NCBI GenBank assembly: GCA_963720545.1
Contig: OY970399.1
Coordinates: 800,001 to 864,000 of the forward strand
Reading direction: 5' to 3'
Origin: an uncultured Acidobacteriota bacterium
Lineage (GTDB): Bacteria > Acidobacteriota > Vicinamibacteria > Fen-336
Length of the DNA: 64,000 bases
A program made the position numbers and the translations under genes. This document shows, piece by piece, positions 1 through 10,600 of the stretch; within the stretch, counting starts at the first letter, position 1, and every line of letters begins with the position of its first letter. The notes under the pieces were generated by a model that worked only from the letters and a program-made list of their open reading frames with translations, did no database searches and had not been told where the DNA came from.

Positions 1-542
1 TCGCCGTTCGCGAGCGAGGTGAGCGCGTCCTCGGTGGTGACCATCGGCACCAGCTGCGGCCGCTGCGCCTCGGGAAGGTTGCGCAGCATGTCGTAGGTCG
101 GCGAGTTGCGCACCACCGCGATCGTCTCGGGGGCCAGCCCATCGCCGCTTTTCGGATAATCGGTGCGGCCTGGCGCAAACACCACCACCTGGTCGAGCGT
201 CCACACCTGCACCAGGTAGTCGTAGCGCGCGGCGCGCGCGTCGGTATAGATGATGAAGGCAAGGTCGACGCCGCCCGTCTCGAGATCGGTCAGCCCGGTG
301 CTGCCCGGACCCATGCGGAACTTCACGTCGCGCCGCGAGACAGCCGCCAACTCCTTGATCAGTTCGACGTTGAAGCCGGCGGGGTTGCCCGCGGCGTCGA
401 GGTACTCAAAGGGGGCGAAGCGCGGATCGGCGCCGACCAGCACCGTCTTCGGCGGGGCTGCTTCGGCGGCTCCGGCCGTGGGAACCGCCGGGAGAAGGAC
501 GCCAAGAGCGAGCCACAGCGTGAGCTGAGGGCCACGCGACAT
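1..542 (-). CDS. Periplasmic solute-binding (family 3) domain protein, continues beyond window edge
   Basis: Manual translation from ATG 542: MSRGPQLTLWLALGVLLPAVPTAGAA (signal-like) then KTVLVGADPRFAPFEYLDAAGNPAGFNVELIKEL, typical family 3 binding-domain start. Confidence 0.75.
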   Translation of the reverse strand, partial: MSRGPQLTLWLALGVLLPAVPTAGAAEAAPPKTVLVGADPRFAPFEYLDAAGNPAGFNVELIKELAAVSRRDVKFRMGPGSTGLTDLETGGVDLAFIIYTDARAARYDYLVQVWTLDQVVVFAPGRTDYPKSGDGLAPETIAVVRNSPTYDMLRNLPEAQRPQLVPMVTTEDALTSLANG

Positions 543-552
543 GTTTTGGATG

Positions 553-1935
553 CTAACGCAATACGCTCCGGTTGAGGCTCCAGGCAGCCGCCAACGTGGC
601 CGAAAACACGACGACGGCGAGCCCGATGGCGGCTGGCAACGGCAATGAAGCGGCTCCCCACCAAGCGGCGAACGCGCAGGGGGCGGCAAGGACGAGCGCA
701 ATCGCCAGCGGCCGGAGGATGGGCACCGCGAAGCCACCGCGGCGGCAGGCCACGGCGTTCATCGCACAGCAGACGGTTTCGGCGCACAGGAACCCGAAAG
801 CGGCGCCCCGCGGCCCGAAACGCGGCAACAATGCGGCGGCGAGGAGGGCCGCCACCGCCACACGCAGCGCCGTCAAGCGCGGCACCCACGAGGCATGGCC
901 GGCGGCGATCAGGCACTGAAGGAGCAGGGCGTTCAGGAACAGCGGCACGACGGCAAGCCCGAGGAGCCGTAGCGCCGGCGCGGCGGGGGCGAAGCCGGTT
1001 CCCAGCAGGCGCAGCAGCTGCGGCGCCACGAGGAACAGGCCGGCCGCCGCGGGTGCCGCCAGCACGGCGACCGTCAGGACGGTGCGCCGGCGGGCGGAGT
1101 CGCCGCCATGGAGCGATTCGCGAGTCAAGGACGGCAGTGCTCCGGCGGCGATCGCGGTGGGCACCGAGAGGAGCGGCTCCACCAGCCGATGGGCGCCGGC
1201 GAAGAGACCCGCGTCCGCTGCGCCGCGAAAGAAAGGCAGCGCGAGGAGTTCGACCTTGGTGCTGAGCAGGGCCAGCGGGCCGTTGACACCCAGCGGCAGC
1301 GCGGCGCGCAGCACGCTGCGCACCCCGTGCGGCGCGACCGGCGGCGTGGGACCCGCGGTGCGCGACAGCAGCAGGAAACCGAGCGCCACCGCCGGCGCGG
1401 TGGCGGCGACGAACGCGGCGGCGACGACACCGAGCGTCGGGTTGCGGAGCGCGCAGACGACGCCGACGAGCCCGAACAGGCGCAGAGCGAAGAGCAGCAC
1501 GCCCTCCTGCACCGGCTCACCGCGCGCGCGCAGCGCGACGCCGAGGAATTCGGTCCAGTTGGCGAGCAGGAAGTAGACGAACAGCAGCCCGAGCACGGGC
1601 AGGAACGCCATCAGCAGGACCGCCGCGACGAGGCACACGGCGAACAGCACGGAGCGCGCGCGCAGGAAGTCGCCGAGTGCGAATTGCCGGGCGACGAGAG
1701 CCCGGGCGGTCAGCGCCTGCAGGCCGAGGTCGGAGGCTTCCGCCAGGATCGAGGCGATGACGAACATCCAGACGAAGGAGCCGAAGTCGGCAAGCGACAG
1801 CCGCCGCGCCAGGAGGATGGTGCCGACAAACGACAGGCCGCGGCTCAGGACCTCGGCCGCGAGCCGCACGAAGCTGCCAAACGTTGCCGCGCGCTCGGCC
1901 TCGCCGGCTGCCACTGGCGCCGCCGCGCCACTCAT
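553..1935 (-). CDS. Oligosaccharide/polysaccharide flippase (Wzx/MATE-like)
   Basis: 460 aa with many hydrophobic helices; LARRLSLADFG and SDLGL motifs. Confidence 0.8.
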   Translation of the reverse strand: MSGAAAPVAAGEAERAATFGSFVRLAAEVLSRGLSFVGTILLARRLSLADFGSFVWMFVIASILAEASDLGLQALTARALVARQFALGDFLRARSVLFAVCLVAAVLLMAFLPVLGLLFVYFLLANWTEFLGVALRARGEPVQEGVLLFALRLFGLVGVVCALRNPTLGVVAAAFVAATAPAVALGFLLLSRTAGPTPPVAPHGVRSVLRAALPLGVNGPLALLSTKVELLALPFFRGAADAGLFAGAHRLVEPLLSVPTAIAAGALPSLTRESLHGGDSARRRTVLTVAVLAAPAAAGLFLVAPQLLRLLGTGFAPAAPALRLLGLAVVPLFLNALLLQCLIAAGHASWVPRLTALRVAVAALLAAALLPRFGPRGAAFGFLCAETVCCAMNAVACRRGGFAVPILRPLAIALVLAAPCAFAAWWGAASLPLPAAIGLAVVVFSATLAAAWSLNRSVLR

Positions 1936-2037
1936 AGGTGCTTCATTTGTAGGGGTTTGCAGCCGCGTGTTAGCATTTTCACTTCGCGCCGCAACGATAC
2001 CTCAAGGCCCACGGCTACCTTCAATTTCAACGAACGC

Positions 2038-4855
2038 ATGAACCAGGTCACCGACCTTCGCGCGTCGCTCAACCTGCCGCGCACCGACTTTCCCATGAAG
2101 GCCAACCTTCCCGAGGCGGAGCCGCGCCGGCTCGAGCGCTGGCGGGCCATGGGGCTGAACGAAAAGATCCGTGAGGCGCGCCGCGGCTGCGAAACCTTCA
2201 TCCTGCACGACGGTCCGCCGTACGCGAACGGCCACCTCCACATCGGTCACGTCGTCAACAAGGTGCTGAAGGACCTCATGGTCCGCAGCCGCTCGATGGC
2301 CGGCTTCAACGCGCCCTACATCCCGGGCTGGGACTGCCACGGCCTGCCGATCGAGATCCAGGTGGACAAGGACCTCGGCGCGAAGAAGCACGCCATGTCG
2401 CCCGTCGCGTTCCGCAAGGCGTGCCGCGAGTATGCGGACAAGTTCGTCAACATCCAGCGCGACGAGTTCATGCGGCTCGGCGTCGGCGGTGAATGGGACC
2501 GGCCCTACAAGACGATGGACCCCGAGTATCAGGGCGACATCGTGCGCGAGCTCGCCACCTTCATCGACCGCGGCCTCGTCTACCGCGCGAGGAAGTCGGT
2601 GCACTGGTGCATCACCGACCGGACGGCGCTTGCCGAGGCGGAAGTCGAGTACGACGAGAACCACCAGAGCCCCACCGTCGACGTCGCCTTTGCGCTGCGG
2701 CCCGAGGACGCGGCGAAGCTTGCGGTCGCGCTTCCCCGCCCTTGCCGGCAAGGACGTGAGCGCCGTCATCTGGACGACGACGCCATGGACCCTGCCCGCG
2801 AACCGCGCGGTCGCCTTCCATCCCGACTACGAGTACGGCTTCTATCCCGTGACGGGCACGAACCGCGTGCTGGTCGTCGCCCGCGCGCTGCGCGAGGCGA
2901 CCGCGGCGCGGCTGGCGAAAGACGCTGCACGGCCGAGCGTTCTGGCCGTGGAGCCGCTGGCGCTCGCGAGCGGCGCGAGCCTCGAGGGGCTGCGCTTCCG
3001 CCATCCGTGGCTCGACCAGGATTCGCCCGCCGTGCTCGCCGGCTACGTCACCGCGGAGGCGGGCACCGGAGTGGTGCACACGGCACCCGGCCACGGCGCC
3101 GACGACTACATCACCGGCGTCAAGTACGGCCTCGAGATCTATTGCCCGGTGGACGAGTCGGGGCGCTTCCTTCCCGAAGTCGAGCACTTCGCCGGGCAGC
3201 GCGTGTTCGACGCCAACCCCGTCATCGTCGCCTTCCTCGGCGAGCGCGGCGCGCTGCTCGCGCACGACCAGCTGCGCCACTCGTACCCGGTGTGCTGGCG
3301 CTGCAAGCGGCCGATCATCTTCCGGGCCACCGAACAGTGGTTCATCGGCATGGACCGCGGCGGCTTCCGTGAGCAGGCGCTCGCCGCGATCGACAAGGTC
3401 GAGTGGTATCCGGCGTGGGGCCGGGAGCGCATGCACAACATGATCGCGAGCCGCCCCGACTGGTGCATCTCGCGGCAGCGGCTGTGGGGCGTGCCGATCC
3501 CGGCGTTCTATTGCAACAATTGCAGCGCGGTGCTGCTGAGCGGCGACACCGCGCGCGCGGTGGCCGACATCTTCGCGAAGGAAACCGCCGATGCCTGGTG
3601 GTTGCGCGAGGCCGCCGACCTGGTGCCCGCCGGCACCAGGTGCACGGCATGCGGCGGCAGCGAGTTCACGAAGGAGCACGACATCCTCGACGTCTGGTTC
3701 GATTCCGGCTCTTCGCAGGCGGCGGTGCTGGCGCGGCGCAGCGAACTGCGCTGGCCCGCCGACATGTACCTCGAGGGCAGCGACCAGCACCGCGGCTACT
3801 TTCACTCGTCGCTGCTCATCGGCGTCGGCACGCGCGGGCAGGCGCCGTTCGGCGCGGTGGTGACGCACGGCTTCGCGGTGGACAGCGAAGGCCGCAAGAT
3901 GTCGAAGAGCCTCGGCAACGTCGTCGATCCGCTGAAGACCCTGAAACAGTACGGCGCCGAGATCCTGCGCCTCTGGGTCACGATGGTCGACTACCGCGAG
4001 GACATGCGCATCTCGGACGAGATGGTGGCGCGCGCCGCGGAGGCGTATCGCAAGATGCGCAACACCTGCCGCTACCTGCTCTCGAACCTCGACGGCTTCG
4101 ACGCGGCACAGGACGCGGCGCCGGAGGCGAAGCTCGAGGAGATAGACGCCTACGCGCTGGCGCGCTTTCGCCAGGTGGCAGCGCGGGTGCGCGCCGGCTA
4201 CGACACGTACGAGCTGCACGTCGTCTACCATGAGCTGCTGAAGTACTGCGCCTCGGACCTCTCGTCCTTCTATCTCGACGTGCTGAAGGACCGGCTCTAC
4301 TGCGAACCCGCGCAGAGCCCGCAGCGGCGCTCCGCCCAGACGGTGCTGCACACCGTGGTCGACGGCATGGCGCGCCTGCTGGCACCGATCCTGCCGTTCA
4401 CGGCCGACGAGATCTACTGCGCGATGGCTGGCCGCGCCGACGCGTCGGTGCACGCCGCGCTCTTCCCGGCCACCACCGCTCCCGATGAACGGCTCATCGC
4501 GCGCTGGCAGCCGCTGCTCGAAGTGCGCGCGGCGGTCACCAAGGCGCTCGAGGAAGCGCGGGCGGCCAAGGACATCGCCTCGAGCCAGGAGGCACGGGTC
4601 GAGATCGCGGCACCCGCGGCGGTCGTCGCGCGGCTCGCCGAGTACCAGGGCGGCGACATCTCGTTCCCCGGCCGGCTGGCGAGCCTGTTCATGGTGAGCT
4701 CGGTGCGCGTTTCAGAAGGCCCCGCGACCGCGGTGCGCGTGCTGCGCGCCGCAGGCTCGAAGTGCGAGCGCTGCTGGAACTATTCGACCAAAGTGGGCGC
4801 CGCGGCGGCGCATCCATCGGTGTGCGAGCGCTGCGCCGCGGTGCTCGCCTCATGA
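2038..4855 (+). CDS. ileS: Isoleucyl-tRNA synthetase, with one +1 frameshift near 2724
   Basis: HDGPPYANGHLHIGH and GWDCHGLP in frame 1; WTTTPWT, GTGVVH, DWCISRQR, KMSKS and C-terminal CERC..CERC in frame 2; followed by lspA. Confidence 0.95.
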
Positions 4856-5370
4856 TCGCCGCGCGCCGCGGTTACTGGCTCATCGCGCTCCTGGTCGTGT
4901 GCCTCGACCAGCTGACCAAGTGGCTGGTGGAGCGCACCCTGCCGCTGCACCACGACCGGCCCATCATCGGCGGCTTCCTGAGCCTGCAGTACGTGCGCAA
5001 CGAGGGCGCCGCGTTCGGCATACTGTCGAACGCCGACCTGCCTTTCCAGGGAGTGCTGCTGTCGATCGTGGCGGCGGTCGCACTCGGCGCCATCGTCGTC
5101 TATGCCCTGCGCCTCAACCCGGCGCACAAGCTGGCGCAGCTGGCGCTGGCGCTGGTGATGGGCGGCGCGGTCGGCAACCTGCTCGACCGCGCGCGCTTCG
5201 GCTACGTCATCGACTTCGTCCTCGTCTATTGGCGCGAGCATCGCTGGCCCAACTTCAACGTCGCCGACTCCGCCATCAGCATCGGCATCTGCCTGCTGGT
5301 GCTCGACATCATCCGCTCGCCGGAAGCGAAGCGCGAAACCGACCTGGGCGCGACGGCGCCGCGCGGTTAA
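4852..5370 (+). CDS. lspA: Lipoprotein signal peptidase II
   Basis: DQLTK, NEGAAFG, GNLLDR, VIDF, FNVAD motifs; ATGA overlap with ileS stop. Confidence 0.95.
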   Translation: MIAARRGYWLIALLVVCLDQLTKWLVERTLPLHHDRPIIGGFLSLQYVRNEGAAFGILSNADLPFQGVLLSIVAAVALGAIVVYALRLNPAHKLAQLALALVMGGAVGNLLDRARFGYVIDFVLVYWREHRWPNFNVADSAISIGICLLVLDIIRSPEAKRETDLGATAPRG

Positions 5371-5383
5371 GGAAAGGACGCGC

Positions 5384-6178
5384 ATGTTCCCGAAGATCGC
5401 GACGCTTGGCCCGTTCACACTGCACACCTACGGCCTGCTGCTGGCGGTTGCCTTCCTGGTGGCGCTCTGGGTGGTCGCGCGCGAGGCGCGCCGCACCGGC
5501 CTCGACCCCGCGCGCATCACCGACCTGTCGATCTACGTGCTGCTCGCGGGCCTGGTGGGCGCGCGAGTGCTGCTGGTGGCCGTCGACTGGAGCCGCATCG
5601 ACTGGAACTGGCGCGACCTCCTCAACCTGCTGCAAAGCGGCGGCGTCTTCTACGGCGGCCTGCTGGGCGCGCTGCCGGTCGCGTGGTGGTATGTCCGCCG
5701 CCACCGCCTGCCGGGCTGGGCCACCGCGGACGTGCTGATCCCCGGCGTCGCCATCGGCCAGTCGATCGGCCGCCTCGGCTGCCTGTGCGCGGGCTGTTGT
5801 TACGGGCGGCCCACCGACGTGCCGTGGGCGATCACGTTCCGCAACGTCACCGCCAACCGCGAGATCGGCACGCCGCTCGACGTGCCCATCCACCCAACGC
5901 AGATCTACGAGTCGCTCGCGACGCTGGGCATCTTCTTCGTCCTGCTGGCGGTCGCGCGCCGCAAGAAGTTCGACGGCCAGGTCCTGCTCACCTATCTGGC
6001 ACTCTACGCGGTGGCGCGCTTCGTCATCGAGATCTACCGCGGCGATGCCGCCCGCGGCACGGTCTTCTCCGGACTGATGAGCACGTCGCAGCTCATCGCC
6101 GTCGTGATGTTCTTCGCCGCCCTCGTCCTGCTGCCGGTCCTGGCGAAGAAGGGCCGCGTTGGTACCCGCACCGCCTGA
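5384..6178 (+). CDS. lgt: Prolipoprotein diacylglyceryl transferase
   Basis: YGGLLG, IGRLGC, HPTQIYES, RFVIE motifs. Confidence 0.93.
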   Translation: MFPKIATLGPFTLHTYGLLLAVAFLVALWVVAREARRTGLDPARITDLSIYVLLAGLVGARVLLVAVDWSRIDWNWRDLLNLLQSGGVFYGGLLGALPVAWWYVRRHRLPGWATADVLIPGVAIGQSIGRLGCLCAGCCYGRPTDVPWAITFRNVTANREIGTPLDVPIHPTQIYESLATLGIFFVLLAVARRKKFDGQVLLTYLALYAVARFVIEIYRGDAARGTVFSGLMSTSQLIAVVMFFAALVLLPVLAKKGRVGTRTA

Positions 6179-7118
6179 GCGGCTGACTATCGGCGCGGAC
6201 GCCGACGGGCTGCGCTTCGACGTCGCGCTCGCGCGCCTGTTTCCGCAGCTCAGCCGTTCGCGGCTGCGCGCATTGATCGACTCGGGCGACGCGCGGGTGG
6301 ACGGCGCCATGCTGCGCGCGTCGGCCAAGGTGCGCGCCGGCCAGGAGCTGAGCGTCGCGATCCCGCCGCTGCAGCCGGCCGATCCGGCGGCCGAAGACCT
6401 GCCGCTCGGCATCGTGTACGAGGACGAAGACCTGCTGGTGCTCGACAAGCCCGCCGGGCTCGTCGTCCATCCGGGCGCCGGGCGCAGCACCGGCACGCTC
6501 GTTAACGCGCTGTTGCACCACGTCAAGGACCTGTCCGGCATCGGCGGTGTCGCTCGTCCCGGCATCGTGCACCGGCTCGACTCGGGCACCTCCGGCCTCA
6601 TCGTGGTGGCCAAGAACGACACAGCCCACCGCAGCCTCGCTGCGCAGTTCGAGGCGCGCACGGTCGCGAAGGAGTACCTCTCGGTGGTCCACGGCCGTCC
6701 CGAGCGCGACCGCGGCACGATCGATGCGCCGATCGCCCGCGACCCGCGCCATCGCCAGAAGATGTCGGTGGCGCGCACCGGCGGCCGGGCAGCGCGGTCG
6801 TCCTACGTGGTGAAGCGGGCGCTCGACGGCGCCAGCCTGGTGAGCGTCGCGATCCACACCGGCCGGACTCACCAGATCCGCGTTCACATGGCCCACCTGG
6901 GGTGCCCGGTGGTCGGCGACCGCACGTACGGCGGGGCGCGCGAACCCGCCTCGCGCAGCCCGGCGGCCCGCGACCTCATCCGCACCTTCCCTCGCCCCGC
7001 CCTGCACGCGGCCCGGCTCGAGTTCGCGCACCCGCGCACGGGGGCGCGCGCGAGCTTCGAAAGCCCTCTCCCCGGGGACATGCAAAGGCTTGTCGAGGGG
7101 CTCGGAACCTTGAAGTAG
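6159..7118 (+). CDS. rluD: RluA/RluD family 23S rRNA pseudouridine synthase
   Basis: N-terminal S4-like region, DKPAGLVVHPG, HRLD, TGRTHQIRVH. Confidence 0.9.
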   Translation: MVPAPPERLTIGADADGLRFDVALARLFPQLSRSRLRALIDSGDARVDGAMLRASAKVRAGQELSVAIPPLQPADPAAEDLPLGIVYEDEDLLVLDKPAGLVVHPGAGRSTGTLVNALLHHVKDLSGIGGVARPGIVHRLDSGTSGLIVVAKNDTAHRSLAAQFEARTVAKEYLSVVHGRPERDRGTIDAPIARDPRHRQKMSVARTGGRAARSSYVVKRALDGASLVSVAIHTGRTHQIRVHMAHLGCPVVGDRTYGGAREPASRSPAARDLIRTFPRPALHAARLEFAHPRTGARASFESPLPGDMQRLVEGLGTLK

Positions 7119-7132
7119 CATCGATTCACTCC

Positions 7133-7657
7133 ATGGCGACGCGGAAACTCAGCGGCAGGCGCGTCTTTTCGGGCAGCGTCCTCGATCTGGACGTCGACCA
7201 GGTGGAAGAGCCGGGCGGCGTGCGCGCGGCGCGCGAAGTGGTGCGGCACCGCGGCTCGGTCGCGGCGCTGCCGGTGCACGACGACGGCCGCATCGTGCTG
7301 GTGCGCCAGTACCGTTATCCGGTCGACGAGAGCGTCTGGGAACTGCCGGCCGGCCGGCGCGAGCCGGGTGAGACCGCGGCGGCGGGTGCGCTGCGCGAAC
7401 TGGAGGAGGAGGCGGGACTCGCCGGCGCCCAGGCCGAGGAGCTGTCCTTCTTCTATACGACGCCCGGATTCTGCGACGAGAGCATGACCATCTTTCGCGT
7501 CACCGGCCTCACCGCGGTCACGGCGCGCCCGGAAGCCGACGAACGCATCGAAATCGGCACGTTCACCCTGGCGCAGGCGCGCGCCATGATCGCAACCGGC
7601 GAGATTCGCGAAGGCAAGACGCTCGTGGCACTGCTGCTCGAAAGCCTGCGGGACTAG
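7133..7657 (+). CDS. NUDIX hydrolase, ADP-ribose pyrophosphatase-like
   Basis: VRQYRYP and Nudix box ELPAGRREPGETAAAGALRELEEEAG; ATG 7133. Confidence 0.88.
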   Translation: MATRKLSGRRVFSGSVLDLDVDQVEEPGGVRAAREVVRHRGSVAALPVHDDGRIVLVRQYRYPVDESVWELPAGRREPGETAAAGALRELEEEAGLAGAQAEELSFFYTTPGFCDESMTIFRVTGLTAVTARPEADERIEIGTFTLAQARAMIATGEIREGKTLVALLLESLRD

Positions 7658-7663
7658 GCGGCG

Positions 7664-10600
7664 ATGCCCAGTCGCTTCTGGCGGATCACGCGGCGCACGT
7701 TCATCGGCCTGGTGCTGGTGGTGCTCGTGGTGTTCGTGGTGGCCGCGCTCGGCCTCTTCCCGGAGGAGCCGCTGCGCCGCGTGGTCGAGTCGTCGCTGCG
7801 CCGGACATTCGGCCCGAACACATCGGTCGCGCGGGTGCACGTGTTCCCCGCGGGCCTGCGCGGCGAGGTCGAGGGCCTGGTGGTGGACACGCCGGCGTAT
7901 CGTCTCGAGATCCCGCGACTCGCGGCGGCGATTCGTCCCGGCACGCTTTTCGGCGGCGCGGTGCGCCTGCGCTACCTGCGCGTGCAGCAGCCGGAGCTGC
8001 GCATCAAGACGCCCAACCCGAACGCGCCGAAGACGGCTGCGGCCGACCTGCCGGCCCTCGTCCTTGCGGACGTCCAGGTGGACGATGGCCGCCTCGTCGT
8101 CGAGATGGGCGCGCGCGGCACCATCGAGAGCCGCGGCGTGCGCGCGCGCGGTGCAGTCGGCGAGGGCATCCTTGCGCTCGAGCTGCCGCAAAACACCTGG
8201 ACCCGGGAAAAGGACCAGGCGCTCGAGCTCGGCCGGATGGCGGCGCGCCTCGCCCTCGACCCGATGCTGGTTGGAAAGCTGGAGGCGCTCGACTATGCGA
8301 AAGGCGCATCGCAGGTCGCGGTCAAGGGCGCGCTCGGACGCCTCACCGAGCCGCGGCCAGACCTGGGCTTCACCGGCGCGTTGAACCTTGGCGACTTCGC
8401 CGCGCTGGCAGCGACACCCGGCTTGCGCGGCGACGTGGCTCTCACGGGCAAGGCCGCCGGTCGGCTGGATGCGCTCGCCGTATCGGTCGTCGCTACGGGA
8501 CGCGGCGTCGGTGTCCCGGACGTCGCAGTCGATGTCGACGACGCGCGGCTCGAGTACGCGGGCACTCGTGCCACGGCCGACATCAACGTGCGCGCCTTCG
8601 CCGGCCGGATCAAGGCGAACGGCTCGCTCGACACTGCCGGCGGGCGCACCGACGGCCGCGCCACGGTCGCGGGCATTGCCTTCGAGGCGCTGCCAAAATC
8701 GGCCGCGCTGCCGCCCGAGCTGCACGGGAGGCTCTCCGGCGACCTGACGTGGAACGGCGACCGCAACGGCCGCGTCGCGGTGACATCGCACCTGCGCACC
8801 GAGGCGCAGTACCAGCAGCCGCTCACCGCGAACGCGGAACTGAGCGGCAGCGTGTTCCCGAAGGAAGAGCGCCTCGACCTGCGCTTCACCACCACTGCGG
8901 AAACCCAGGGCACTGGCGCCCTGCGCTCCGGCGTGGTGCAGGCCGAGGGCACGGCGCGCGGGCCCTGGCCGCCGACGATCGAAGGCGCCGCGAAGATCGT
9001 GGTTTCGGCGGCCATCGGCGGTGCCGCGGCGACCGAGCCGCTCGAGGCGGAGACCACCTTCCGCGCTGCGGCCGCGGAGACCTCGCTGAAGGCAAAGGGC
9101 ACCTTTCTCGGCGGCACTTTCGAGGCCGGCGGTCGCCTCGCCAAGGACCGCATCGAGGACGCGACGCTTTCCGCTGTCGCGATCGAGCTGCACCGTATCG
9201 ACCCGCGCGCGGCCGGCAGCGCAAGCCTCAAGGTCGCAGCTGCCGGCAAGGCCGCGGCCCCCGACGTGGACGCTTCGTTCGCGACCGCCGGGCTCGCCGT
9301 CAACGGCATCATGCTCGACACGGCGAGCGTCACGCTCAAGGGCCCGCTGTCTGGCGCTTCGTGGACCGCGGCCGTGCCGGCGCTGAACCTCACCGGCAGC
9401 GGCCGATTCGCGAACGGCCAGGGCGGCTCCCTCAACGGCACGCTCACGGCCGAGCAGACCGACCTCGCTCTTTTCGCGCCGCTCGTGCCTCGCGTTTCCG
9501 GGCTCGCGGGCACCCTGAGCGCCACCGCCGACCTGAATGTGCCGCTGGGCGAGGGCGCCGCGCAGCGGGCCGTGGTCAGTGCGCGTGTCACCCAACTCGA
9601 GGCCCGCACCGCGAGCCTGGGGCCGGCGCAGGCCGAGCCCTTCGGCATCCGCTACGGCGGCGGCCAGGTGGCGGTGACCGGCTTCCACGGGACGGCCCCG
9701 GGGCTCGTGGCGACGCTCGACGGCACCTACGGCCTCGACGCCGGTCGTGCCGTTGCGGGCAGGGCTCGCCTGCAGGTGGATTTGTCGAAGGTCTCCGAAA
9801 GGCTGCAGAACGCCGCCGGCAATGTCGATGCCAGTTTCGAGTTCAGCGGCAACGAAACCCGCCCCGTGGTCACCGGCGCCATCAACCTCGCCGGCATCGC
9901 CGTGGACCAGCCGGGCAAGCCGACGGTTCGCGTTGCCGACGGCGTCATCCGCATCGCCGGCAACGCTGCCGTCGTCGACAACCTGAAAGCCGAGACGGAC
10001 GGCGGCGCCGTGGTGGTCACCGGACGCGTACCGGTGCCGGCGCTGGTGCGCAGCTGGCGCGCCGATCCGCTGCGCGTCCAGGGCAGCGAAGCGGCCGACC
10101 TGACCGTCTCCTGGAACGGCTTCGACGCCGGCGCGCTCCTCGCCCGCATGCGGCCGACTTCCGAAGAACGCCTGACCGCGCAGCTCACCGGCAGCCTCAA
10201 GCTATCGGGCGGCCTCGCAAGCCCCGACGAGGTCGAGGCGCTGCTCGCATCGCAACCAGCCGAGATCGCCGTGGGCGAAACCACCGGCCGCCTCGAGGGC
10301 TTCGAGGTGAAGGCGACTCGCGGCCTCGTGAGCACCGCGGGCATCGAGATCGGCACCGCCGGCGCCAGCTTCAGGGTCGCGGGCAGCGCCACGCTCCAGG
10401 ACCGCAGGCTCGACCTCACCGGCAAGGGCAAGGTGGACCTGCGGGTGCTGTCGCCGCTTCTCGCCTCCGCGGCTCTTTCGGGCACCGCCACCGTGGACGC
10501 CGCGGTCAAGGGCACCGCGGCAGCACCCGATGCGCGCGGCAGCGTCACAATCAGCGGCGCCACCGCGCGGCTGCGCATGATGACCCAGTCGTTCACCGGC

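Noticed and set aside
1936..2037. T-box leader upstream of ileS
   Set aside because: Only ~100 bp of divergent intergenic space and no T-box consensus
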